Part shown: positions 18,124-27,300 of the stretch, in pieces
Layout of the letters: each line of letters begins with the position of its first letter
How positions within the stretch are numbered: position 1 is the stretch's first letter
Origin: Alphaproteobacteria bacterium
GTDB taxonomy: Bacteria > Pseudomonadota > Alphaproteobacteria > Rs-D84
Direction: 5' to 3'
Length of the DNA: 64,000 nucleotides
Assembly: GCA_017443235.1 (NCBI GenBank)
Contig: JAFSOV010000016.1
Span: 9,525-73,524 of the forward strand
Made by a program: the position numbers and the translations under genes
The notes under the pieces: model-generated
Seen by the model: only the letters and a program-made list of their open reading frames with translations
Database searches by the model: none
What the model was told of the DNA's origin: nothing

Positions 18124-19175
18124 AATCCAAATACCCGTACCAAATCATTCCACATTGTCAATGCGAATACAAATGCCAAGAACACCCATCCGCAAATGAT
18201 AACAATTTCCATTCCTTTGCCACCCAATTTTTTGCGGGTTATGCCTTCTATTATCAAAATCAGTAAATATCCACCATCCAACACCGGTAACGGCAACAGG
18301 TTTATAACACCCAAATTCACCGACAGCAATGCGATAATTGCCATCAATGCAAAGAACCCGTTGGCCATGGCCTGGCCGGAAACCTGGGCAATGGTGATGA
18401 ATGAACCCAATTGCCGCGAAGAACGGTCACCGGTAATAATCTGCTTTAATACGGTCAGTAATGTCTTAGATTGATAATATGTTTCGCGTGCACCGGAATA
18501 CAACGCGCCAAAGAATCCTTTTTTGCGGAATTCGGTCTTGCTGCCATCTGCGACCAGGCCCCAACGTTCTGCGGGTGCCAATGCAACCTCGACAATTTTA
18601 CCCTGGCGGGCGACCGTTACGCGCGCCGGCCGCGAACCCGCCAATTCTTTGGCAATGACCAATTCACCCCAATTTGTGATTTTCGCGCCATCAATTTGAA
18701 CGATTACATCGCCCGAACGCACGCCGGCATTGAACGCGACACTTTCACGAATAACTTGGCCCACCACAGGCAATTGAACGGTGCGCGGTTTGAACATAAA
18801 AATGCTGGAATAAATCGACCATGCCAAAATAAAATTCATAACCACACCGGCGGCAATAATAATAAATTGCTTCCACGCGGGCGCAGAAAGATAGTGCCCA
18901 ACCTTTTTATCCGCAGGCAATTCATTGTATTTTTTGCGGTTGAACATATCTTCTTGGCCATAAATGGAAACATAACCACCCAACGGCAAACAGGAAATTT
19001 TCCAAACGGTTCCGCGCCGGTCGGTCCATTTTACAATTGCGGGTCCAAACCCAATAGAAAACGCATCAACACGAACGCCCGCCCAACGCGCCGCCAAAAA
19101 ATGTCCCAATTCATGTATAAAAACCACCACACCCAAAACAATCAACAGTGCAATAATGGTCGTTATCGTATGCAT
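18120..19175 (-). CDS. rseP: RIP metalloprotease RseP (site-2 protease)
   Basis: HELGHFLAARWAG HExxH motif in a TM region, a PDZ domain, and a C-terminal LDGG motif. Confidence 0.85.
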   Translation of the reverse strand: MHTITTIIALLIVLGVVVFIHELGHFLAARWAGVRVDAFSIGFGPAIVKWTDRRGTVWKISCLPLGGYVSIYGQEDMFNRKKYNELPADKKVGHYLSAPAWKQFIIIAAGVVMNFILAWSIYSSIFMFKPRTVQLPVVGQVIRESVAFNAGVRSGDVIVQIDGAKITNWGELVIAKELAGSRPARVTVARQGKIVEVALAPAERWGLVADGSKTEFRKKGFFGALYSGARETYYQSKTLLTVLKQIITGDRSSRQLGSFITIAQVSGQAMANGFFALMAIIALLSVNLGVINLLPLPVLDGGYLLILIIEGITRKKLGGKGMEIVIICGWVFLAFVFALTMWNDLVRVFGL

Positions 19176-19194
19176 TTCCTTCCGTCCTTTCTTT

Positions 19195-19845
19195 TTATGC
19201 CAAAACCGCCCAGATTATGGGCAACACGTAAATCCAACCGTCAAATCGGTCAATAATTCCACCGTGGCCACCCAAAATATGGCTGTAATCTTTGATATGC
19301 AATTTGCGCTTTACAAAACTTGCGGTCAAATCGCCATATTGCGACAACAACGCAATTCCAATTCCAATCCAAACCAATTGCGAAACAAAAGTTCCCAATA
19401 CCCAATGACCGTATGCAATTGCCGCAGCGGTTCCGCCAATTATGCCAAAAATCTGTCCCGCCCATGTTTTGTGTTCTGAAATTCTTTCCCACATTTTATC
19501 GCCACCAATTTGTCCGCCAAAGAACCACGCGCAAATATCGGTCGCGCATACAATTACCAAAATCATCAAAATCAACATAGGCCGCCGCGCCAATGTCAAC
19601 AAAGACACAAAATCAAATCCCAACAGGCCCAAGAATAACAAAAATATCGCGATGTTTGTGCCATTAAACATCACATCGCGTGGTGCACGCCAAAGGCAAG
19701 CCAAAAATTCCACAATCATCGCCAACGCAATGCCGATGCAAAGCCAATAAACGCCCGGGATGCCGATGCGTTCCAATAACGCCGCAATGACGATAACCGC
19801 AAAAATTCCACCCGCCACTAAAATCCTGTTCATTGTTTCTGACAT
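19195..19845 (-). CDS. cdsA: phosphatidate cytidylyltransferase CdsA
   Basis: The C-terminal signature KRKLHIKDYSHILGGHGGIIDRFD. The start chosen is the MSETMNRIL Met immediately after the uppS stop. Confidence 0.8.
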   Translation of the reverse strand: MSETMNRILVAGGIFAVIVIAALLERIGIPGVYWLCIGIALAMIVEFLACLWRAPRDVMFNGTNIAIFLLFLGLLGFDFVSLLTLARRPMLILMILVIVCATDICAWFFGGQIGGDKMWERISEHKTWAGQIFGIIGGTAAAIAYGHWVLGTFVSQLVWIGIGIALLSQYGDLTASFVKRKLHIKDYSHILGGHGGIIDRFDGWIYVLPIIWAVLA

Positions 19846-19855
19846 TTTGATTCCT

Positions 19856-20623
19856 CTATTTTTTACGTCCAGAATAATTTGCCTTCTTCCCGCCCCCGAA
19901 ACGGCGATTGCGTTTGGCATATTCATCCAAAACAAATTGCCACAGTTTTGTGGATTTTACCAATTCCGGCCAATGCTCTGGCACAAACAGTAATTCCGCA
20001 TACGCCAATTTCCACAGCAAGAAGTTTGAAATTCTAAATTCATTGCTTGTTCGCACCATAAGGTCAATAGGTAATAAATCCCCGGTATCCAAAAACGTTT
20101 CAAATGTTTCGCGTGTGACGGATTCGCCCGCGGCAATTGCGGCATTGGCGGCATTCACAATTTCGTCTTGTCCGCCATAATTCAATGCAAAAACAACCGT
20201 TCCACCGGTGTTTTCCGCGGATTCAGCCTCTAACCGGTCGCACATATCGGCCAATTTTTTTGGCAACCGTTCGCGGGTTCCAATTACGCGATAACGCAGA
20301 TTTTTTTCAATCGCGTGTTTCAAATTCTTTTTCAATTCCGAATAGAACAAATCCATCAAGAAATCGACTTCTTCTTTGGAACGATTCCAATTTTCGGTTG
20401 AAAATATAAAGAAAGTAATTGTCGTGACACCGCGCGCAATAAACCAATCAACCAAGTTTTCAAAATTCGATATACCCGCGCGATGCCCCATCAGTGGCGG
20501 CAAACCGCGCGATTCTGCCCAACGGCGGTTGCCATCGCAAATGAACGCGATATGCTTTGGAACCTTGACCGGTGTGGCCGACACAGACTTTTTCTTGAAT
20601 AATCTTAACATTTTTATACCCAA
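19856..20623 (-). CDS. uppS: undecaprenyl-diphosphate synthase UppS
   Basis: HIAFICDGNRRWA...FSTENW...RLPKK motifs. Confidence 0.85.
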   Translation of the reverse strand: MGIKMLRLFKKKSVSATPVKVPKHIAFICDGNRRWAESRGLPPLMGHRAGISNFENLVDWFIARGVTTITFFIFSTENWNRSKEEVDFLMDLFYSELKKNLKHAIEKNLRYRVIGTRERLPKKLADMCDRLEAESAENTGGTVVFALNYGGQDEIVNAANAAIAAGESVTRETFETFLDTGDLLPIDLMVRTSNEFRISNFLLWKLAYAELLFVPEHWPELVKSTKLWQFVLDEYAKRNRRFGGGKKANYSGRKK

Positions 20624-20653
20624 TGTTTAATATTAAATGATGCGCCACAAATA

Positions 20654-21214
20654 CTACACAGACATAATATCTGCTTCTTTTTGTTTTGCAATAGAATCAA
20701 CCTCGGCCCCGCGGGTATCGAATACTTTTTGCAAATCGGTTTCATATTTGCGTTGGTCGTCTTCGGAAATTTCTTTGTCGGTGACGGCGCGTTTGATTTT
20801 TCCCATCGCATCTTGGCGAATGTTGCGCATAGAAATCTTGGCTTCTTCGGCGTATTTACCGGCAACCTTGGTAAGCTCGCGCCGACGTTCTTCGGTCAGT
20901 GGCGGCATATTCAGGCGAATAACCGCACCCGCGCTCATTGGGTTTAATCCCAATCCAGAATCACGAATCGCCTTTTCAACGGCGCCAACATTCGACATAT
21001 CCCACACGGTCACGGCCAACGTTTGATTGTCGGGCGTTGAAACGGTCGCCAATTGATTCAACGGCATATCAGAACCGTACGTATTCACACGCACCCCGTC
21101 CAGCAGGTGTACAGATGCGCGTCCGGTACGCAAACCGGCGTATTCGCCCCGCAAAACTTCGATTGTCTGGGCGGTTTTTTGTTCGACTTCGGCCTTTAAA
21201 GATTGATAATCCAT
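20654..21214 (-). CDS. frr: ribosome recycling factor
   Basis: A 186-aa protein that is clearly Frr. It lies upstream of uppS-cdsA as in the conserved cluster. Confidence 0.9.
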   Translation of the reverse strand: MDYQSLKAEVEQKTAQTIEVLRGEYAGLRTGRASVHLLDGVRVNTYGSDMPLNQLATVSTPDNQTLAVTVWDMSNVGAVEKAIRDSGLGLNPMSAGAVIRLNMPPLTEERRRELTKVAGKYAEEAKISMRNIRQDAMGKIKRAVTDKEISEDDQRKYETDLQKVFDTRGAEVDSIAKQKEADIMSV

Positions 21215-21256
21215 ATATAAAACTCCTTATGCTTAAGTTTAGGTTAGCAAATCTAT

Positions 21257-21285
21257 TTGACATTTGGCAAGAAGAAATATAGAAT
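21257..21285 (+). promoter_or_regulatory. sigma70-like promoter for tRNA-Ala
   Basis: TTGACA, a 17-nt spacer, then TAGAAT. The tRNA 5' end lies 13 nt downstream. Confidence 0.45.
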
Positions 21286-21298
21286 ATCTTTCCGTTAT

Positions 21299-21374
21299 GG
21301 GGTTGTAGCTCAGTTGGTAGAGCACTTGCATGGCATGCAAGGGGTCGTCGGTTCGAGTCCGATCAGCTCCACCA
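21299..21374 (+). tRNA. tRNA-Ala (anticodon GGC)
   Basis: A cloverleaf with a G3:U70 identity pair, the anticodon loop ATGGCAT, a GGTTCGAGTCC T-arm and encoded CCA. Confidence 0.9.
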
Positions 21375-21520
21375 CGAAATTTTGTTAGCCTGCGCGAAAA
21401 AGCGCAGGCTTAAAAAATTTCAGTGTCTCGCCGTAGCATTGTTCGGAATGCAACCGAATATTTCCGTATTTATCGGCGAAGGCGGACAGAATTCTAGAGA
21501 GTTTATTTCGTTAGCAAAAA

Positions 21521-21547
21521 TCCGCCACTCGGCGGATTTTTGGTTAA
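21521..21547 (+). terminator. hairpin with T-run (aaaatccgccactcggcggattttt)
   Basis: A perfect 9-bp stem followed by TTTTT. It is one of two hairpin-containing tandem units downstream of the tRNA. Confidence 0.4.
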
Positions 21548-21709
21548 GAAAATTGAGTGTCTCGCCGTTCCGCTTACGCTATCGCCCCGGCAAGATTTGG
21601 CATAATTGGCGCTTGCGCCACGAAGCCTTGGCGAAGTGGCGGAGGCGGACCAAATATATAATGTGCTATAAAATTTGACATCTATCTTATTTTATCCTAT
21701 ACTGCCCGT

Positions 21710-22330
21710 ATGCTTTACATCGTACGCCATGGACAAACCGATTGGAACCTTGAAGACAAAATTCAGGGTGTTGCCGATGTGCCATTAAACGCAACCGGAC
21801 GGGCCCATGCATATAAAGTCGCGGAAAAATTGAACATTTTCCAAATTCAAAACATTGTTTCATCTAACCTGGGGCGGGCGCGTGAAACGGCGCAAATAAT
21901 CGGCGATAGATTGCACATTACGGTTGATTATGATGCGCGCCTGCGTGAATATGATTTTGGAAAATTGACGGGGTTAAAACGCGCGGAAATTGACCCATTG
22001 GCCGTGCAAATGTTCTTTACCAACCCGGCCAAATTTGACGCAGAAAGATTGGAAGATGCCTTTGCACGTGTTGCGGGTTTTATGAAAGAAAATGATTATA
22101 ATAAAAATACTTTGGTTGTCACGCATGGTGGGGTTATAAACTTTATAATGTGTTATTTGGAAAATCGGGACACTTTCCACGCGCATTCATACCTTGATAA
22201 ATGTCTGAATGTGAAAATCGATAATGCGGCCGTGTTGCGCATCAAAGATTATAAATCTGGTATGACAATACTTAAAAACACAAGGTTTTTCAAATTGCCC
22301 CAGTTTTATAAATTACCAAAATCACGCTAA
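21710..22330 (+). CDS. histidine phosphatase family protein (phosphoglycerate mutase-like)
   Basis: N-terminal LYIVRHGQTDWN catalytic motif and an internal TLVVTHGGVI motif. Confidence 0.6.
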   Translation: MLYIVRHGQTDWNLEDKIQGVADVPLNATGRAHAYKVAEKLNIFQIQNIVSSNLGRARETAQIIGDRLHITVDYDARLREYDFGKLTGLKRAEIDPLAVQMFFTNPAKFDAERLEDAFARVAGFMKENDYNKNTLVVTHGGVINFIMCYLENRDTFHAHSYLDKCLNVKIDNAAVLRIKDYKSGMTILKNTRFFKLPQFYKLPKSR

Positions 22331-23097
22331 TTCCCGGCCGGCAGATATATTTTATACGGCACATATTCATGGGGCGTTGCCGATATTTCTACCATAGGCT
22401 CGACTATGTCATTAGGTGAAAACCTGGCAGTTTGTGCCCATAGCCCTCGAACATATCCATCCGTCCCTATTCTAAATTGATATCCCACATGATCACCAAC
22501 GGTTATCTGGGTTCCTGTCTGTCGCTTTACAAACGCGTTTTCTGTGGGTGCGCTATACAGGAATGAAGCACTATGAACTGGTGGAGTGCCACTTTTAGAT
22601 GTTATATTTATAATATCGCCACTTTTTACATGAATATAATCAAAATAGCAACGATTGCCAGCCGTCTCTACCTTTCCGTCTACCCCACGAATTGTTCCCT
22701 GATGAATGTTTGATTTATTTAAAATATTTTTCGGACGTTGCGACATTAATTCCATTAGCAAACAATCTTTGGTCGGGTCATCATCAACCCAAGATATACA
22801 TTGAAACTCACTGTCTATTGCGTTTTGAACCCCTGTGTTCATTGTTTGTGCGTCAATCAGAGCGTTGCTTTGTTCGACGTATGCGCCAGCGGAATCATAG
22901 ATTTCTTTTGTACCAACTTCACCCTCCGTGCCGGTGTTGGTAAGGACCTGAGATGCGCCCGTCGTGCGTTCAATTGTGTCTTGTTTTTGCGTTAGTGCCG
23001 AATCGACATATGATTTTGTTGTTGGTACAGTTTCCCCCGCCGCACCCGCAGAAAACACCGCCAATGCACCGATTATTGATATAAAAAAACGCCGCAT
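22327..23097 (-). CDS. secreted hypothetical protein
   Basis: A signal peptide MRRFFISIIGALAVFSAGAAG. The N-terminal TKSYVDSAL motif is shared with the 36466 protein. Confidence 0.45.
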   Translation of the reverse strand: MRRFFISIIGALAVFSAGAAGETVPTTKSYVDSALTQKQDTIERTTGASQVLTNTGTEGEVGTKEIYDSAGAYVEQSNALIDAQTMNTGVQNAIDSEFQCISWVDDDPTKDCLLMELMSQRPKNILNKSNIHQGTIRGVDGKVETAGNRCYFDYIHVKSGDIINITSKSGTPPVHSASFLYSAPTENAFVKRQTGTQITVGDHVGYQFRIGTDGYVRGLWAQTARFSPNDIVEPMVEISATPHEYVPYKIYLPAGN

Positions 23098-23126
23098 ATT
23101 CCCACCCCTTTTCATGGAAACAGTCT

Positions 23127-23322
23127 ACAAAAAAGGTACGTTTTTTGTGGCCACCCATAAGGTTTTAAAAAATCAAGTAATTTCAATGCTCGAATTTTCG
23201 GGAAAAAAGCCTGGACAAAAACGTACGTTTATGTCCATCACTTTTTTTAGAAATTGCGATTCAGTAAAATCAATTACTTACAAAACGTGACCCCTGGTCA
23301 CAAAAAACGTACCTTTTTTATG
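23127..23322. repeat. palindrome-flanked non-coding repeat element, copy 1
   Basis: ACAAAAAAGGTACGTTTTTTGT at 23127 and its reverse complement at 23297, plus a central palindrome GGACAAAAACGTACGTTTATGTCC. The core TTTTTTTAGAAATTGCGATTCAGTAAAATCAA is shared with 36133-36175. Confidence 0.6.
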
Positions 23323-23355
23323 GCCAGGTCAGGCAGAAAAACTGCGGAATATCTA

Positions 23356-24276
23356 CTAAATCAAATACCAAACATACGCCACATAGGAAACCAAGAATAT
23401 TATTCCGCCCACGCGGGTCAGTTTTGCGCCACGCGCCGTGAACATCATCAACATTACAACCGCCATCATCGCAATTGCACCGTCGAATATAAACGCCGGA
23501 TTAAATGGCAACGGGTGTATCGCCGCCGCCGTTCCCAAAACAAACAGTATGTTAAATATATTCGACCCAACAATATTACCAACCGCCATATCATATTCGC
23601 GCTTTAACGCGGCGGCAACGCAAACCGCCAATTCGGGCAAACTGGTGCCCAACGCGACCAATGTCAATCCAATAACGCGATCGGACACACCCACGCGTGT
23701 CGCGATATCCATTGCGGAATCTACGGTCAAATTGCTGCCCAGAACAATGGCGGAAATACCCACAATTATCATCAATATTGTCATCGGTATGGAAAATTGT
23801 TTGATTTCAGGTTCCGGTTCATTTGAACGTCGCGCCATAATAACAGTATAGGTAATAAACCCGGCGAACATTGCCAAGAATATAAATGCGGCAATTCGCG
23901 ATACAGACCCAAACCATATCCCAAACCCAACCAGCAATAATGTTATCAGTCCAACAAACGGTAATTCATACTTCTTGGTGTTTTTATGTATCGGCAATGC
24001 GCCAATCAACGCCGTTATGCCCAGTATCAGGAAAATGTTCGTAATATTACTGCCTATGACATTACCAATTGAAACGCCGTCTGAGCCCTTTAATGCGGCG
24101 GCGATACTGATTGCGGCCTCGGGCGCACTGGTACCAATGGCGACAAGCGTTGTTCCAATTATGATTGCCGGAATATGGAACCTGCGCGCAACGCCTGCGG
24201 CGGCATCTACAAACGCGTCCGCCCCGCGCACCAATAACACAAACCCGATAATCAACAAAATCAAAGATTCAATCAT
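23356..24276 (-). CDS. CaCA-family Na+/Ca2+ antiporter (YrbG-like)
   Basis: Two alpha-repeats with GTSAPE/GTSLPE motifs and about 10 TM segments. Confidence 0.75.
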   Translation of the reverse strand: MIESLILLIIGFVLLVRGADAFVDAAAGVARRFHIPAIIIGTTLVAIGTSAPEAAISIAAALKGSDGVSIGNVIGSNITNIFLILGITALIGALPIHKNTKKYELPFVGLITLLLVGFGIWFGSVSRIAAFIFLAMFAGFITYTVIMARRSNEPEPEIKQFSIPMTILMIIVGISAIVLGSNLTVDSAMDIATRVGVSDRVIGLTLVALGTSLPELAVCVAAALKREYDMAVGNIVGSNIFNILFVLGTAAAIHPLPFNPAFIFDGAIAMMAVVMLMMFTARGAKLTRVGGIIFLVSYVAYVWYLI

Positions 24277-24369
24277 ACCAAATAATGTATCATAAATTCA
24301 CTTTGTTTGAAAGACTTTTTGTGATAGAATATATGTCGATAAATTAAAACTTTGGGGGAGATAAAAATT

Positions 24370-27300
24370 ATGCCAGAAAATAATGTTCGTGATAACAATG
24401 CCCGTCGTACGACCGATGATAACTTGATTGCGTTGGCCAAGAATATAGCACGCGCATATCGTGAAATTGGTATTTTGACTGAACGTGAATATAACGTGGT
24501 TCGGCGCACAAACAATCTTGATGCAATAAACGATATTATTGGCGATATTCCCAATATGGAATCGGAACAAAAATTGCAATTCTGCAAAAGCTTTGTCGCC
24601 GATGATACAGAAAACTTTAATGGCGCAACCCCGGCAATATTGGCATATGCGTATATGGCGACGCGTAATGAAAATACGCCGATGGCACGTGCATTGGCCG
24701 CGCGCATTGATGATATGTCCGCAGATTTTGCAAATTCCGGTGGTATGGTTTTGGAAACCGGAACAAAATGGCCGTTGGTTGATATTACGAACATTGCCGA
24801 TGTATACGAAGGTTTTTCTGATGCGTTAAATGCGCGTATTGCGGATTTAGATGCGGGGGCGGATGCCGAAAAAATTGCCCAGATGAAATCTAACCTGGCG
24901 CAAATGGAAACGGTGATTGCCGATTACGACCGTGCGTGGGGATTGGACAAAGTTCATGATACCGAAGCCCTGGAATATGGTAAACGTTGGGATAAATTGA
25001 ACGATGCGTTAAATCGTGCCGGATTGTTCGCGGCGACCAAGGATGCCGTAAAGAAATATAATTTTACAGATGAACACGGTGATGTTATTCCACAAATCTT
25101 GGAAAACGGTGAATTGGACCAAGAAGGTCGTGCGGCGGCGATTTTGGATTTGGCGCGCGGTGATATTGCGCGTCGCCGCATTAGTACCGCAAACAAAAAA
25201 CTTGATGCGAACGAAATTGAACAAGAATTAAACGATGAATTTTTGTTCAAATTGTACGAAACGGCAAATGCCGACAAAATCGTCAAAATGGCCCAAGAAA
25301 ATCCAGAGGTCTTTACAGACCAGCAAAGGCGGAATGATTTTGTTCGTGAAATGATGTCCCAAGGTGGCGATATTTCAAATACGGCGTACAATGCGGCGTT
25401 GGATTCGAATGCAAATGCCGTTGCCGGTTGGGCGCCGCGGTTAAAGGCAAAATTGGGCACGGCCGCAGACAATGTTGGTGGATTATGGAATAAGATTTTT
25501 AACAAGAATCACGATGTTGATAGATTAAACAATGTTCGCATTGCGCCCCAAACCATTGATAAACGTCAAAAACGCATTGAATTGTTCAAACGTGTGTTAA
25601 AGGGATTCGCCAGTGGTTTTGTCGCCAGTATGATTATTACAACAATCGCGACTGCGGCGGCGGCAACGGCCGGAATATCGATGGCGGCATCTATGGCGGC
25701 AATTGGGATTGTGACCGCGATTGGTATGGGCGTTGTCCAGGTTAATCGTTGGCGTCGTCGTCAACAAGATGCGGGTTTGCCAACCGATATTCACGCATTT
25801 TTGGCGGATAAACGTCTTGTTACATCGCTTGGTGTGTCGGCAATCGCCGTTGTTGCGATGTGCTTTGGTGCCGGCGGGATGGCGGATGCCGCAATGGCAT
25901 TGGGTTACGGCGCGTTGGCGGCGGGTGGCGCCAAGAACGCAATCGAATCATATCGTGATGCGCGTGATTCGCGTATGTCGGTTGCGGAATCTGTTGCGTG
26001 GGCAATCGCAAATGCGGGCGCGGTTGTTGCCGGTGGTTTAACGGGTCGATATACTGCAAACGCGGCAATAAATGCATACAATAATGCAAACCCAGAAAAC
26101 ACAATTTTCCAAAACCAGGAAACGCGAACAATTGAACATACGAATACTACAACCGAAACGCGGACTGAATATACCCAAGATGCATTGGATAACGCAGAAA
26201 AAATCGCACGTATGTGGTATCGTGATAACCCGGATATATTGCAACAACGTGTTGATGCAATAAATGCGTATAACGCGGAACACGGGACAAGCATTGATCC
26301 GTATCGTGCAATTATGATAAATGGCGATGCGGGCGGTCAAACATTTGATAATATGCGTCTGCATGTGAACAACAGTCATCTGGATGCAAATATCAATGAT
26401 GTGTACAGTCACGGTCACCATCGTGTCTTGACCGATGCATGGGGGCGCGCACATGGTTTTACCGGCGAAGAATTGAATGCGGCGGCACGTCTGTTTAATG
26501 CCGATGGTTCGGTTAACGCAAACGGTATGGATGTGGTGTCGCGTCTTGATGGCGTGGTAAGTGAAACCAACACGGTGGGTGCTGTCCCGGGACGCCCGGT
26601 TCAAACAGATGGTTATTTCAAACCAAATGACCCAGAGGGATGGACAACATATACCGATGGTCGTCCGGCAACGGTTGAAAATATATATGATACAACCGAA
26701 ACCACATATGAAAATCTAACAGATTATACGCGTGCGCGCGGTGACGGTATGGCGGCGTTTGGAAATTATAATCCGCGTGAACGCAAAACCACACTGCGTG
26801 ACCGTATCGGTGCGTTCTGGGATAAAATAAATCAAGACAAAAAAGAGAATCCGGTCATAGAACCCGTCTTGACCGATGAACCAAAGGACGAATCACGGGA
26901 TGATAATCCATTTATTCCTGTTGTATCGTTTGTTAACGATAAAGACAAAGATAAAGCAGAAACACCGGTCATAGAACCCGTCTTGACCGATGAACCCAAA
27001 GATGAAAAGGTCGATTTTGACGATGTGTTTCCTGGGCCGGGTGATGTGGTTGATACAGAAACGGTTTATACATTGGACCCGGAAAATACCCCGGTCATTG
27101 AACCTGTGATTGAAAACGTGGAACAACCGGTTGCCCCGGTGGCGGACGACAAAATATTGGCAATCACTCGGTCCCAGGCGAAATCTTGGCATGATTTACA
27201 TGCGCGTTTAGAAAAAAATCAAAAGAAATTAAGCAAGAGTCCACACGGTTCCAAGGCGGACAAACTGCACGCCGAAGAATCAAAATTGCAGTATCTTATC

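Noticed and set aside
18471-19256. A 261-aa plus-strand ORF and other ORFs of 60-200 aa overlapping rseP, cdsA and uppS
   Set aside because: They are antisense to a conserved housekeeping operon with clear motifs on the minus strand, and they lack an RBS.
21389-21412. The hairpin AGCCTGCGCGAAAAAGCGCAGGCT as the terminator of tRNA-Ala
   Set aside because: It is followed by an A-run rather than a U-run on the tRNA strand, so it is more likely part of the tandem repeat unit. It is kept only as a structural note.
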